From IMG/VR virus record IMGVR_UViG_3300033516_000084, positions 36,967-100,966 of that record: a DNA stretch of 64,000 nt. The stretch is one strand, 5' to 3'. A model generated the notes under the pieces. It was given only the letters and a program-made list of their open reading frames with translations, made no database searches and was not told the origin of the DNA. Within the stretch, counting starts at the first letter, position 1. Every line of letters begins with the position of its first letter. The translations under genes were made by a program, and so were the position numbers. The DNA comes from a virus. Below, piece by piece: positions 1-8,338 of the stretch.

Positions 1-641
1 TCTTTCAACGGGTCAGTCAGGAACTTGAACACTTCAACCACAACCGGCACATTGCCTTCGGCGGTGTTCAGACCTTCAAAGCGCATGTACAGCTCACTGG
101 TAGGTGCAGTAAGGGCATCAACCTTCACCTGGGTAGCGAAGGTGTAGTCAACGGTAACGACACCGCCATCAAGCAGACCTGTAATGGCAGGTGCAAACTT
201 GAGTGAACCGGCTTCCAGGTTCACTTCGTAGTCCGTACCGTCAACCAGGGTAGCAGCGCCGTTCTTGACCACAACTGCCGACACCTTGAGGTTCTTCAAC
301 GAAGAAATCTTACCCAGATACACCGTAACAGCCTCACCGGTAACAGAGCCACCGGCGATAGTGACTGTCTCACCGCGCAGTGCATCAGCCAAATTAGCGG
401 CCAAAAAGTTTTCCACGGTCATCGACAGGCTGGACTTGGTTTCAGTAGTCAAACGCAGGTCGATAGCGCGTTGACCAGAACGGCTTTCCTTGTGTTCGAT
501 GTTGGACACCGCGACACTGATTTTCAGATCAGAGACGTTACCAACGGGGATAAAGCCCATAGGCAGGCCTGTGGTGGGGGCGCGTTTTGCCAGAAGCACT
601 ACGCCCTGACCCGAGAAATAGCTATTGGTGGTATCCCACAT
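1..641 (-). CDS. major tail (tube) protein, truncated by the window edge
   Basis: Not in the ORF track. Manual translation from ATG 641 (GGAG RBS): MWDTTNSYFSGQGVVLLAKR...VGNVSDLKISV...IEHKESRSGQRAIDLRL. The YFSGQG and EHKES.SG.R pattern is typical of siphovirus tail tube proteins; it follows the neck genes. Confidence 0.8.
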   Translation of the reverse strand, partial: MWDTTNSYFSGQGVVLLAKRAPTTGLPMGFIPVGNVSDLKISVAVSNIEHKESRSGQRAIDLRLTTETKSSLSMTVENFLAANLADALRGETVTIAGGSVTGEAVTVYLGKISSLKNLKVSAVVVKNGAATLVDGTDYEVNLEAGSLKFAPAITGLLDGGVVTVDYTFATQVKVDALTAPTSELYMRFEGLNTAEGNVPVVVEVFKFLTDPLK

Positions 642-783
642 GATGTAACTCCTAGATTGAAAATGTTAACCGAAAAAGTCCTGTACGAACTACTTACTAA
701 CCTACCAGCCCGTCTCAGTTAGGATGCCTACCCGTTGGTGTTGGCAGTACCTAAATTATAGCCACCCTTTATGCACCTACTAA

Positions 784-1215
784 TTACCGGACAATGATCT
801 TTGTTGACCACCGTTGTACCCACAAGGCTTTATCTGGAAAACTGTCTGAATATCCCTCTGATAGGAACTCCCAAGGGTGTCCTGCGGGTGAACTTTTTCC
901 TTCTAGGGCAGTCCCCATTGCGTCCAATATATTGATGCCCGGTATCTCCTGCACCACGTTGTCGGATAAGGATGTACTGTCTATTGCCATGTACAGACCA
1001 AAGTGTGCGGTCTTGGACACAGCTCTTTTGGTGCCACCGGGCTCAGGATTCCCTGTCATTCCCTCGTACACTATGCCTACTTGAGGCCCTTTTGCCCCTT
1101 TTATCATCCGTACCAGTTTCTCTGGGGTGTAGACAATATGGGCCCTACCCTTTAGCTCTGCAATTGATTGCAGGGACTCCGTAATGTGCTGTAGGCACTG
1201 TTCAATTTTGGGCAC
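784..1215 (-). CDS. putative tail terminator / tail completion protein
   Basis: Sits between the virion morphogenesis gene and the major tail gene. Probable start is GTG 1215, overlapping the upstream stop; the ORF-track extension to 1365 overlaps the neighbour. Confidence 0.55.
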   Translation of the reverse strand: MPKIEQCLQHITESLQSIAELKGRAHIVYTPEKLVRMIKGAKGPQVGIVYEGMTGNPEPGGTKRAVSKTAHFGLYMAIDSTSLSDNVVQEIPGINILDAMGTALEGKSSPAGHPWEFLSEGYSDSFPDKALWVQRWSTKIIVR

Positions 1216-1669
1216 TGATAATCTCCTGTACTTTCTTCTCAAAAATAGATAAAGCCATCGAAGCGTGTTCGGGGGTAATTGCCAAGAACTCCCGTTTAAC
1301 CATCCCATCGGTGCCAAGGTTGTGCTTATTGGCGTAAGGCACATCTGTAAAGATACTGGCCTCACCCAAGTTAGGCAAGGTGGCTAGCTGTATTGACCTG
1401 AACAACCTGCCACTGTCAAACAGAGTACCTGTACCACCACGTTTCCTGCGGGCAATACCAGACCTACTGGGAATCCAAGGGGCACCAGCCGGGTCTTGCT
1501 CTGCCAAGTACGTGGTACGTAGGCGGTTAAGGATAGCCGCTGTGGAAGCTGCCATCTCCCTATCGAACAGCTTATTCAGGTCCCCATCTAGGCCCCCAAA
1601 TAAACTGCCTTCTTTACCTGCTATGGTAAAGGTGATAGGGCCATCACTGGCCTTAGTAAGGTTGATCAC
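1202..1669 (-). CDS. phage virion morphogenesis protein (Mu gpG / P2 gpS-like)
   Basis: Motifs QDPAGAPWIPS, LFDSGRLFRSI, TDVPYANKHNLG and REFLAI match this family; neck-region context. Confidence 0.8.
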   Translation of the reverse strand: MINLTKASDGPITFTIAGKEGSLFGGLDGDLNKLFDREMAASTAAILNRLRTTYLAEQDPAGAPWIPSRSGIARRKRGGTGTLFDSGRLFRSIQLATLPNLGEASIFTDVPYANKHNLGTDGMVKREFLAITPEHASMALSIFEKKVQEIISAQN

Positions 1670-2256
1670 AGTGCGGCCTGAGAGTGTACAAAGGGCCGGA
1701 AAGAAAAGTCTGACACCTTGCGGTAAGAAGCGGCCATAGCCAAAGCCAATTCATTAACCCCCGGCGCGGGGGCAGGTGCCGACTTGTCGGGTTGGTTCTC
1801 GGCAAAGATAAGGGCAGTGTACACCAGTAACGCCTGTCTAATGGTGTCCGGTACTTCCTTGGGGTCGATACCTGACTCATAGACGATGGTCAGGTACTTG
1901 TTGTCTAGGTCCAGCGGGAAGTACACTGTGCCCTGCTCACCATCAACCAGCACAGGCTTTACCTTGGTGCTTACCCCGCCCACGGCATCGGCGTAGGTGG
2001 CGCGTACAGAGGATGGACTCACAAACAGGTTTGCCAGCTTCACCTTCAACATACCGTGGGGTACTACCCCCGAGTACAAGTCTGAGTTGAGGTGTACCAC
2101 GTCGATACACGAAAACTGCTCTATAGAACACCCTAGGTCTGCACCTAGTTTGTTCTGAGCCTTTTTGATCGTACTGGTGATGGTATCTGATAGGTCGGTC
2201 TTCAGATGGGATGCAAGCCCCATAGAGGCAATTACTTCATCCACAGTTATCAGCAT
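1666..2256 (-). CDS. putative head-tail adaptor/connector
   Basis: N-terminal MLITVDEV, C-terminal YESG...VPDTIRQALL pattern; lies two to three genes downstream of the capsid gene. Confidence 0.6.
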   Translation of the reverse strand: MLITVDEVIASMGLASHLKTDLSDTITSTIKKAQNKLGADLGCSIEQFSCIDVVHLNSDLYSGVVPHGMLKVKLANLFVSPSSVRATYADAVGGVSTKVKPVLVDGEQGTVYFPLDLDNKYLTIVYESGIDPKEVPDTIRQALLVYTALIFAENQPDKSAPAPAPGVNELALAMAASYRKVSDFSFRPFVHSQAAL

Positions 2257-2269
2257 ACCATTCTCCAGA

Positions 2270-2677
2270 TTACACCACTATGGCAACTTCTTTGACCTCG
2301 TTGTCCGCATCAGCTTGCGCTAGGCGGGCAGTAATCTCCGGGTCATCATCACCTAGTTCAAGCCTACCAACCGGGGTTACCTTTCGGGTATCACCACTGT
2401 CAATCATAGGAGACTTGACTTGGCGCATGGCCACGGTCTGGAGTTCTTGGGGGATTTGAACTAGCTTGGTACGGGGTTTAGCCAGACCGAACACGGGGAC
2501 TCCCTGGGGGTCAACCTGCGACAGTACTACCTTGGCCGACTCGGCATCAAACACGTACACCACGCCTTTTTCATACAACATACCGTTGTACATATAGCGT
2601 TTGACCTTGAACATCTCCAAGTTAACGTCCGTGGCCTTAGCTTTTACGGGCGATTCTACTTTAGTGGTTACAGCCAT
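2270..2677 (-). CDS. hypothetical protein (head module)
   Basis: 135 aa ORF with GGAG RBS between the capsid and adaptor genes. Confidence 0.6.
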   Translation of the reverse strand: MAVTTKVESPVKAKATDVNLEMFKVKRYMYNGMLYEKGVVYVFDAESAKVVLSQVDPQGVPVFGLAKPRTKLVQIPQELQTVAMRQVKSPMIDSGDTRKVTPVGRLELGDDDPEITARLAQADADNEVKEVAIVV

Positions 2678-2786
2678 TTAATACTCCTGTGGGTGAAAGA
2701 CTTAGAGTGTACACCAGTATCGGGTACTGCAATTGATTGCGCTCAAAATAAGGGCAAGCCCCAAGTGTACCGGGCTTATCCACACC

Positions 2787-3482
2787 TTACAAACTAGGCA
2801 GGTTGCGGTGTAGGCTAATGTGTTGCCCATGGGTCAACAACTGTAGGTTCTCTAGTCGATTATCACCCTTATCTAGGTTTATGTGGTGTACTATTTCGTC
2901 ATCCCTGGTGTTCGGTTTGTGTAGGTCTTTCTTATACAAATACCTGCCTATGTGCTTTTCCATCACTAGGATATGCTCCTTAACGTAGCCTGTCTTATCT
3001 GTGCGAGGGTGGTTTCCTTTGCCCACAAAAATAAGTCGGTAACCAAAGGGGTCTACGTGGTCTCCTTTGAAAAACTGGGACGCTGTACCCTCGGCAGTAT
3101 TGGGCTGGTGTCCGTCTATCCACTTCAAGGGTAGCCCCAGTACTGTCCAGTAGGTACCGTCATCTTTGGGGCGTGTTTTTAGGGCTAGTTCAGTTACTAG
3201 GCCACCGCAGCCACAGTGACAGGTACCATCAAAATCTTTCCGAAGTTCCGGTAGCCTCAACTCAAAGTCTTTATTATGACTACCCTTGGTACGGTGTGAG
3301 TTAGGGCTAGGCACCTTATCTGGGGCGTGCCCCCTAGAGTACTGATAATAGTTACCCCGCAAAACCACCCTACCCGCCTTAGTGACGGTATTAGCCGTTA
3401 CCTTTTTAGTCATAGTACCGCAGCCACAATGGCAGTGAGCGTACATACCGCAGCTTGGTACACCACAAATACAACGTTCCAT
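2787..3482 (-). CDS. HNH homing endonuclease with two CHCGCG repeats
   Basis: YVKEHILVMEKHIGR...VHHINLDKGDNRLENLQL (HNH), plus two N-terminal CHCGCG motifs. Confidence 0.85.
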   Translation of the reverse strand: MERCICGVPSCGMYAHCHCGCGTMTKKVTANTVTKAGRVVLRGNYYQYSRGHAPDKVPSPNSHRTKGSHNKDFELRLPELRKDFDGTCHCGCGGLVTELALKTRPKDDGTYWTVLGLPLKWIDGHQPNTAEGTASQFFKGDHVDPFGYRLIFVGKGNHPRTDKTGYVKEHILVMEKHIGRYLYKKDLHKPNTRDDEIVHHINLDKGDNRLENLQLLTHGQHISLHRNLPSL

Positions 3483-3510
3483 AAAAAACCCCTTCTGTTT
3501 AGGAAGGGGT
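3483..3510 (-). terminator. rho-independent terminator after the major capsid gene
   Basis: Minus strand AACCCCTTCCTAAACAGAAGGGGTTTTTT: GC-rich stem followed by a U tract. Confidence 0.8.
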
Positions 3511-3551
3511 TAGCTTAACATGAAACCTTTTAGGTGTCAATGTTTATATAT

Positions 3552-4487
3552 TTAACCGCCGATATTTTGGTAGTGAACAACAGCATCGGTCTCTTCTATC
3601 TGGAAGCCAACACGGGCAGTCAGCACGATCACGAAGGTACGGGCGCGAATGTCCTTGTCGTATTCGATCTGAATGTTGCGCCAGATACCGAACAACAGAT
3701 TCAGCGGGTCGCAATACAGGCCACTGGCTGTAGGCATACGGCTGGCACCACGAACCTTGGAACCGTGCATATAAATGTCCTGCACACCAACCAACATGCT
3801 GTCACCCAAGGCCGTATTACGGTTGGAGTACAGATCACGCAGTTCGGTTTCGTTGTCCACCGACATGTACTGAATCATCTGTGCGCGGTTACGCAGGTAC
3901 TTATCAGGCATGGCCTTGACACCGGCCTTCAGAATGTCCTTGCTAATGGAGGCAGCGGATGCATTCACGATGTTCGACTGAGCCAGTTTCAACCAGCCGT
4001 TGGTCAACGCCAGATACGGGTCAGCGGATGCGCTATCACCGAGCAAGCCAAGCTCTTCCAAGTCAACAGCAGCACGCTCTGCCATCATGTCAACCAGCGT
4101 CTGGTGCAAGCCACCGGGGCCACCTTGCAGGGCGGCATCAGTACCGGCACGCTCAATGTTGTCTTCCAGAACATCGTAAGGAAGATTGATTTCAGCGATC
4201 ACCTCGTCGGTGTTCATGATGATCTGGCTCAAGTCAGCCTTGTAGCGTTGGGCTTCGGTCAGGGCAACACCCTGGGTACCAGCACGCAACATACGTGAGC
4301 CAAAGCCGATCTTGTTGATCTTGCGCTGTGGGCTGTTCATGGTAACCGTGCGGCAATTTTGCAGCATGGTCGGTGTGTCCATCAGCTTGCGAATGAAACG
4401 ATCAGTTTGTTCGTCATTCAGCTTACCAGCGGTAGCGAGGTCGCCCAGTGCGAGGTCTGCCTTTTGGATAAGTTCTTGGTTGTTCAC
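3552..4487 (-). CDS. major capsid protein (HK97 fold)
   Basis: GKLNDEQTDRFI, YDVLEDNIE, AVDLEELGLLGD and IEYDKDI motifs; directly downstream of the scaffold and protease, followed by a terminator. Confidence 0.9.
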   Translation of the reverse strand: MNNQELIQKADLALGDLATAGKLNDEQTDRFIRKLMDTPTMLQNCRTVTMNSPQRKINKIGFGSRMLRAGTQGVALTEAQRYKADLSQIIMNTDEVIAEINLPYDVLEDNIERAGTDAALQGGPGGLHQTLVDMMAERAAVDLEELGLLGDSASADPYLALTNGWLKLAQSNIVNASAASISKDILKAGVKAMPDKYLRNRAQMIQYMSVDNETELRDLYSNRNTALGDSMLVGVQDIYMHGSKVRGASRMPTASGLYCDPLNLLFGIWRNIQIEYDKDIRARTFVIVLTARVGFQIEETDAVVHYQNIGG

Positions 4488-4517
4488 GGTTTAGCTCCTA
4501 ATTTCAAAAAGAATGGG

Positions 4518-5978
4518 TTAACGGTTACGGGCGATCATCGCAGAATCAAAAACCCCTGTGCGGGGGTCATTATCTACCTTCTTGATCTTGGCGATGGGTT
4601 GAGGGTCGCCAGCGGTCTCAGAAGCTAGAACAGTTCCACGAACCGCATGGGTTGCAGTTTCGGCTTTTTTCGCCAGTACGTCAATTTTTTCTTCGGTGGA
4701 TTTCTTGATCATGGTAATGTCGGCAGATAGGGTACCAACATTCTTTGTCAGATTAGCCACTGCACTTGCCATTTCTGACATAGCTTTCAGTACTTTTTCA
4801 ATCTGAACATTATTTTCAGCCTGTTCGCTCTTCTTGGTGGCAGCGGGGGCCGCCTTGCTCATTTCAGCAGCACGTTCCTCGGTGGTCATACGCATGAATG
4901 CGAACTTCTTAGCACCATCAGCAATATCTGCCATGAACGTCTTCTCTTCAGGGGTCATACTGCCCTTGAGAATTTCATCGGCCTTTTTGATCTTGTCACC
5001 CGTGGAAGTGCATTCACCGGTAACAGGCACCTTTTTCTTAGGGCCGGTAGCAGTGTCTTCAATACCTTCGGTGTTGTCGGTGGTATCGCTCTCAGCAGCA
5101 GCGGCGGCTTCAGCACCAACAGCGGCTACTTGTGCCTCGGGGACAGCGACAGCCGGGTTTTTCACCGCTTTTTTGGTCTTGGTGCGATCACCCTTTCCAG
5201 CGGCTACTTCAGCATCTTCCTCTTCGGTAGACTCGTCTACTTTCTCTTCAGCAGTGCCTTCGACAGGTTTCTTTTTGGCGAAAGGATTGACACCCTTTTT
5301 GCCTGGAACAAACTCGGCCTTGACCAGGGTCTCCAGTTCAGCCTCGACCTTCATAACAGCAGACGGGATAGCCATAGTCAAATAACCCAGGTATTGTTGA
5401 ACACTTTCCATGCTGTCACGCATGATCGTAGAAGCATCAGCAGGAGACTCTGCCTTTTGCACACCCTCACGGATAGCCTCAGTCGCGGTCTCCATGACCA
5501 AACTAGGGCCATCAAAATAACCGTTTGATTCTGCAATTTCACCGAATGCCGATTTTTTCAAGTTGGTGAGGTGGCTACCCATGTTGCCCAACACCACGGC
5601 AGTGGTAGAGTTGAGGCGAACGATAGTACCGTTGTCGATAAAAGCCTCGTCCTCTTTGTGGATAGCAATGGTGCCATCTTCAAACTCAGTGTGCTGAGTA
5701 AGGTTGATGCCATGTGCTGACAGCAGGCCCTGGGCCTTGGCTACCAGTTCGTCATTTCCAGACGACAAGATGATGGCCGACACCGAAGCGGTATCCACCT
5801 TGGATTGTTCTGCTGCGGATTTCCTTACTCGAAAACCCAATTTTGAGAGGTCTAGGCTCATATCTTTCTCCTGTGACTTGATAATGCGAAACGGTATGCG
5901 GTTGGCCCCACGGTCAACCAACGACACGAATTTTACATCCAAGTCGGACAGTTTGCGGAGGGAGGTTAATACTTTCAT
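4518..5978 (-). CDS. capsid scaffold / assembly protein
   Basis: N-terminal LSDLDVKFVSLVDRGAN motif seen with XkdF-type proteases; charged coiled-coil body with many hydrophobic-x-K-[A/S/G] sites; lies between the protease and the capsid gene. Confidence 0.75.
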   Translation of the reverse strand: MKVLTSLRKLSDLDVKFVSLVDRGANRIPFRIIKSQEKDMSLDLSKLGFRVRKSAAEQSKVDTASVSAIILSSGNDELVAKAQGLLSAHGINLTQHTEFEDGTIAIHKEDEAFIDNGTIVRLNSTTAVVLGNMGSHLTNLKKSAFGEIAESNGYFDGPSLVMETATEAIREGVQKAESPADASTIMRDSMESVQQYLGYLTMAIPSAVMKVEAELETLVKAEFVPGKKGVNPFAKKKPVEGTAEEKVDESTEEEDAEVAAGKGDRTKTKKAVKNPAVAVPEAQVAAVGAEAAAAAESDTTDNTEGIEDTATGPKKKVPVTGECTSTGDKIKKADEILKGSMTPEEKTFMADIADGAKKFAFMRMTTEERAAEMSKAAPAATKKSEQAENNVQIEKVLKAMSEMASAVANLTKNVGTLSADITMIKKSTEEKIDVLAKKAETATHAVRGTVLASETAGDPQPIAKIKKVDNDPRTGVFDSAMIARNR

Positions 5979-6123
5979 AAGGGTCTATCGTAGTTGTTGT
6001 TGGAGTACCTAACAAATCCGGCGTGTGGTGTTTTATAGGAGGGTCAAGGGGTCTAGTATCGGAGGTATAGGGCTTTACCATGTGAGAGTACACAACTCTA
6101 CCATTTAAGCTCTTATACATAGA

Positions 6124-6720
6124 TTACTCGATAGTAATTTTCAGGTCGTCTACCGCAGAAAATCGGTGGCTGTGGTTTCTCTCGGTCTCGGTAACCGTAC
6201 CACCCTTTATAAGATGGGCGTGCCCATCATCCATAGAGGTGCGGCCACCAAGGAATTTTCCTTCGCCGCTGTAGGTGACAAAAAACTGGTGTTCGTGCTT
6301 ATCGCTCTTGCTGGTCATACCCGTTACTACTGAAGGTATGTCAATTTCTACTTTACCCATACTGGTTGTCGCCATGGCCTCAAGGGAAAATCCGTTTATC
6401 TCACCCTTTTTGATTTTTTGCCACATCTCATCATTGTCGATGTGCATACCAACTACCCAGCTACCGGGGATAAAAAGAGGGTCTCCCTTGCGGGCAATAA
6501 AGGACTCGACAATGGTAGCGCCTTTAACTAATACATTTCCGTGCTGGCAGTCAACTTGATTTAGACGCTGGTTTTTCATAAACCTATAAGCAGCTTTTTG
6601 AATATCCTCGGCCAGCATATAGTCACCCCCAGAATCAACGCGGTCAGGCGCATATACCTCCCCAAATACTAGCTGCTGTTCAGGTTCACCATCTTCTGTT
6701 TTCAGAATAACTAATTCCAT
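6124..6720 (-). CDS. XkdF-like prohead serine protease
   Basis: LVFGEVYAPDRVDS, DIQKAAYRFM, D.QH, IVESFIA, GSWVVG and KIKKGEINGFSLE motifs. Confidence 0.85.
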   Translation of the reverse strand: MELVILKTEDGEPEQQLVFGEVYAPDRVDSGGDYMLAEDIQKAAYRFMKNQRLNQVDCQHGNVLVKGATIVESFIARKGDPLFIPGSWVVGMHIDNDEMWQKIKKGEINGFSLEAMATTSMGKVEIDIPSVVTGMTSKSDKHEHQFFVTYSGEGKFLGGRTSMDDGHAHLIKGGTVTETERNHSHRFSAVDDLKITIE

Positions 6721-6784
6721 ACTGCCTCCTAGATTGAATACGCAACTGATTGCACTGGTCGCAGCAACCTCTTTTTTTCACGCC

Positions 6785-6886
6785 TAACTTTTGAGACAAA
6801 ATAAGGGGCGTTTCGGTGACCCAATACCAACGTAAAACACCCACACCGTCTGATCTGGTGTGGGTGTAAACGCAAGTGTCATACAC
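6785..6886 (-). pseudogene. frameshifted N-terminal remnant of a GIY-YIG-like homing endonuclease
   Basis: YDTCVYTHTRSDGV, a one-base insertion, then VFYVGIGSPKRP; matches the start of the intact gene at 12474-13166. Confidence 0.7.
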
Positions 6887-6895
6887 ATGTTACCC

Positions 6896-7300
6896 CTAAG
6901 AAAAGCTGGCGTAAGAATGGGTACCTGTGCTAGCTCTACGCTCAGGCTCTTTGCTCTCAGCCCCGCTGCTGCCTAGTCGGGCATAGGATTGACTACTGCC
7001 ACCTTTGGCTGGTTTTTGTAGGTACTTAGAAAATCCACCAAATTGTTTTTTGGGTGGACCTTCTTTGTCACCCAACCGGGCGTAGGAGTGGGTAGCCTGT
7101 TTACCAGCACCTCCCATATTATGGGGGCCCTCGGCGTTGTCATTACCCACTGGGGCCCCTACGGGGTTACGTTTGAACAAGGCAGCTACTTGGGGCTTAT
7201 GCATACTGAGGACTCCGGGTGGCGGCGTGCAATTGATTGCACAGGTCTTCGACTCTGAATATCTTAGAAAATCCGGTGAAAGGTTTCTTTGATTTACCAA
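6896..7300 (-). CDS. hypothetical basic, Gly-rich protein (possible internal head protein)
   Basis: Internal repeat THSYARLG / SQSYARLG / THSYASF; start uncertain, possibly MHKPQ near 7204. Confidence 0.45.
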   Translation of the reverse strand: MVNQRNLSPDFLRYSESKTCAINCTPPPGVLSMHKPQVAALFKRNPVGAPVGNDNAEGPHNMGGAGKQATHSYARLGDKEGPPKKQFGGFSKYLQKPAKGGSSQSYARLGSSGAESKEPERRASTGTHSYASFS

Positions 7301-7658
7301 AGTCCTTGGCAGCGGTACTAGCGTTCATTGCCTTCAGGTTAGCCCCTGAGTAGGTAGCTGGGTCATGTGTACCCTCCAGCACACCATACGCATGGGTGGC
7401 CGCATTGATGTGCGCTACGGCTGCATCAGAGTGGGCTTTCCTATTAGGAGAACCGCTCGGGTGCTTATCACCTGAGCTAATATGCCCGTTGATAGCCTTC
7501 TCATGCCCAGCAGCTTGGAGCTTCCAGCCCCCCACCTCATGTGCAGGTAGTAGGTCACTGTATCGGGCTTTACCAGCGTGGGCCTTATTCCAGGCAGTCC
7601 AGTCCTTACGAACTAGCTCCAGTGGTTCATTAAACAGGGTAGATATTAATGACTTCAT
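7197..7658 (-). CDS. hypothetical His/Ala-rich protein (possible internal head protein)
   Basis: GGAGG RBS; LVRK-DWTAWN tag; AHSDAAVAH helical motif. Confidence 0.6.
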   Translation of the reverse strand: MKSLISTLFNEPLELVRKDWTAWNKAHAGKARYSDLLPAHEVGGWKLQAAGHEKAINGHISSGDKHPSGSPNRKAHSDAAVAHINAATHAYGVLEGTHDPATYSGANLKAMNASTAAKDFGKSKKPFTGFSKIFRVEDLCNQLHAATRSPQYA

Positions 7659-7666
7659 AAGGCCTC

Positions 7667-8329
7667 CTAGTTAACAAGACGACTAGCGGATGCTAGGTTA
7701 GCGGTTATGGAGTTCTCCACCGATGGGTAGTCTATAGCCTCTTGATGCGCCTGCATAGCGTGTTCGTGGGCAGACTTCTTAACCCCTACCGCAAACTCTG
7801 AGGCTATCCTGTGGATATTGGTCATCTGCTGGTGGTAGGGTTCACCATTCATACCCGGCAGGTTGAAGGGGTTATGTTTACCATCTTCGGCCTTGGTGAT
7901 ACGGGTGTCTCCGGTGAACACCGGGTGGTACAACTGAGAGGATTGTTTTTTGGGGGCAGCGCGGATATGCAACTCCATACTGGCGCAGTATGCCTCCTCC
8001 TCATACTTCTGTACTTTGAACGAGGTTGGGTTAGCGCGGGCTAGGGCGATACTTGACTCCTTGATGGCAGCAAGTCGGTCATTAGACTCGTCTCGCATCT
8101 TAGCCACCAACTGGGTTCTCGGGTCTTCGGACTTCAGCTCGCGCTGGTGAGTCTGCTCTTCCATCGCACTACGCTGTATAGAGTCCTGGTGGGCGGTGGT
8201 TACCAATGGTTTTGTCTTGGTTTTATCGGCTTTGAATACGCGAGTCACGTCTGCATTAAACATCTTTGGTTCTTCCGTGAAATTGATTGCACAGGCAGGG
8301 CCGGTGGTACCCTGGTATTTTACATACAC
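7667..8329 (-). CDS. hypothetical protein (possible internal head protein)
   Basis: ORF in the head operon with RVFKAD, KVQKY, RITKAE and GVKKSA sites. Confidence 0.55.
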   Translation of the reverse strand: MYVKYQGTTGPACAINFTEEPKMFNADVTRVFKADKTKTKPLVTTAHQDSIQRSAMEEQTHQRELKSEDPRTQLVAKMRDESNDRLAAIKESSIALARANPTSFKVQKYEEEAYCASMELHIRAAPKKQSSQLYHPVFTGDTRITKAEDGKHNPFNLPGMNGEPYHQQMTNIHRIASEFAVGVKKSAHEHAMQAHQEAIDYPSVENSITANLASASRLVN

Positions 8330-8338
8330 CTTTGGGTA

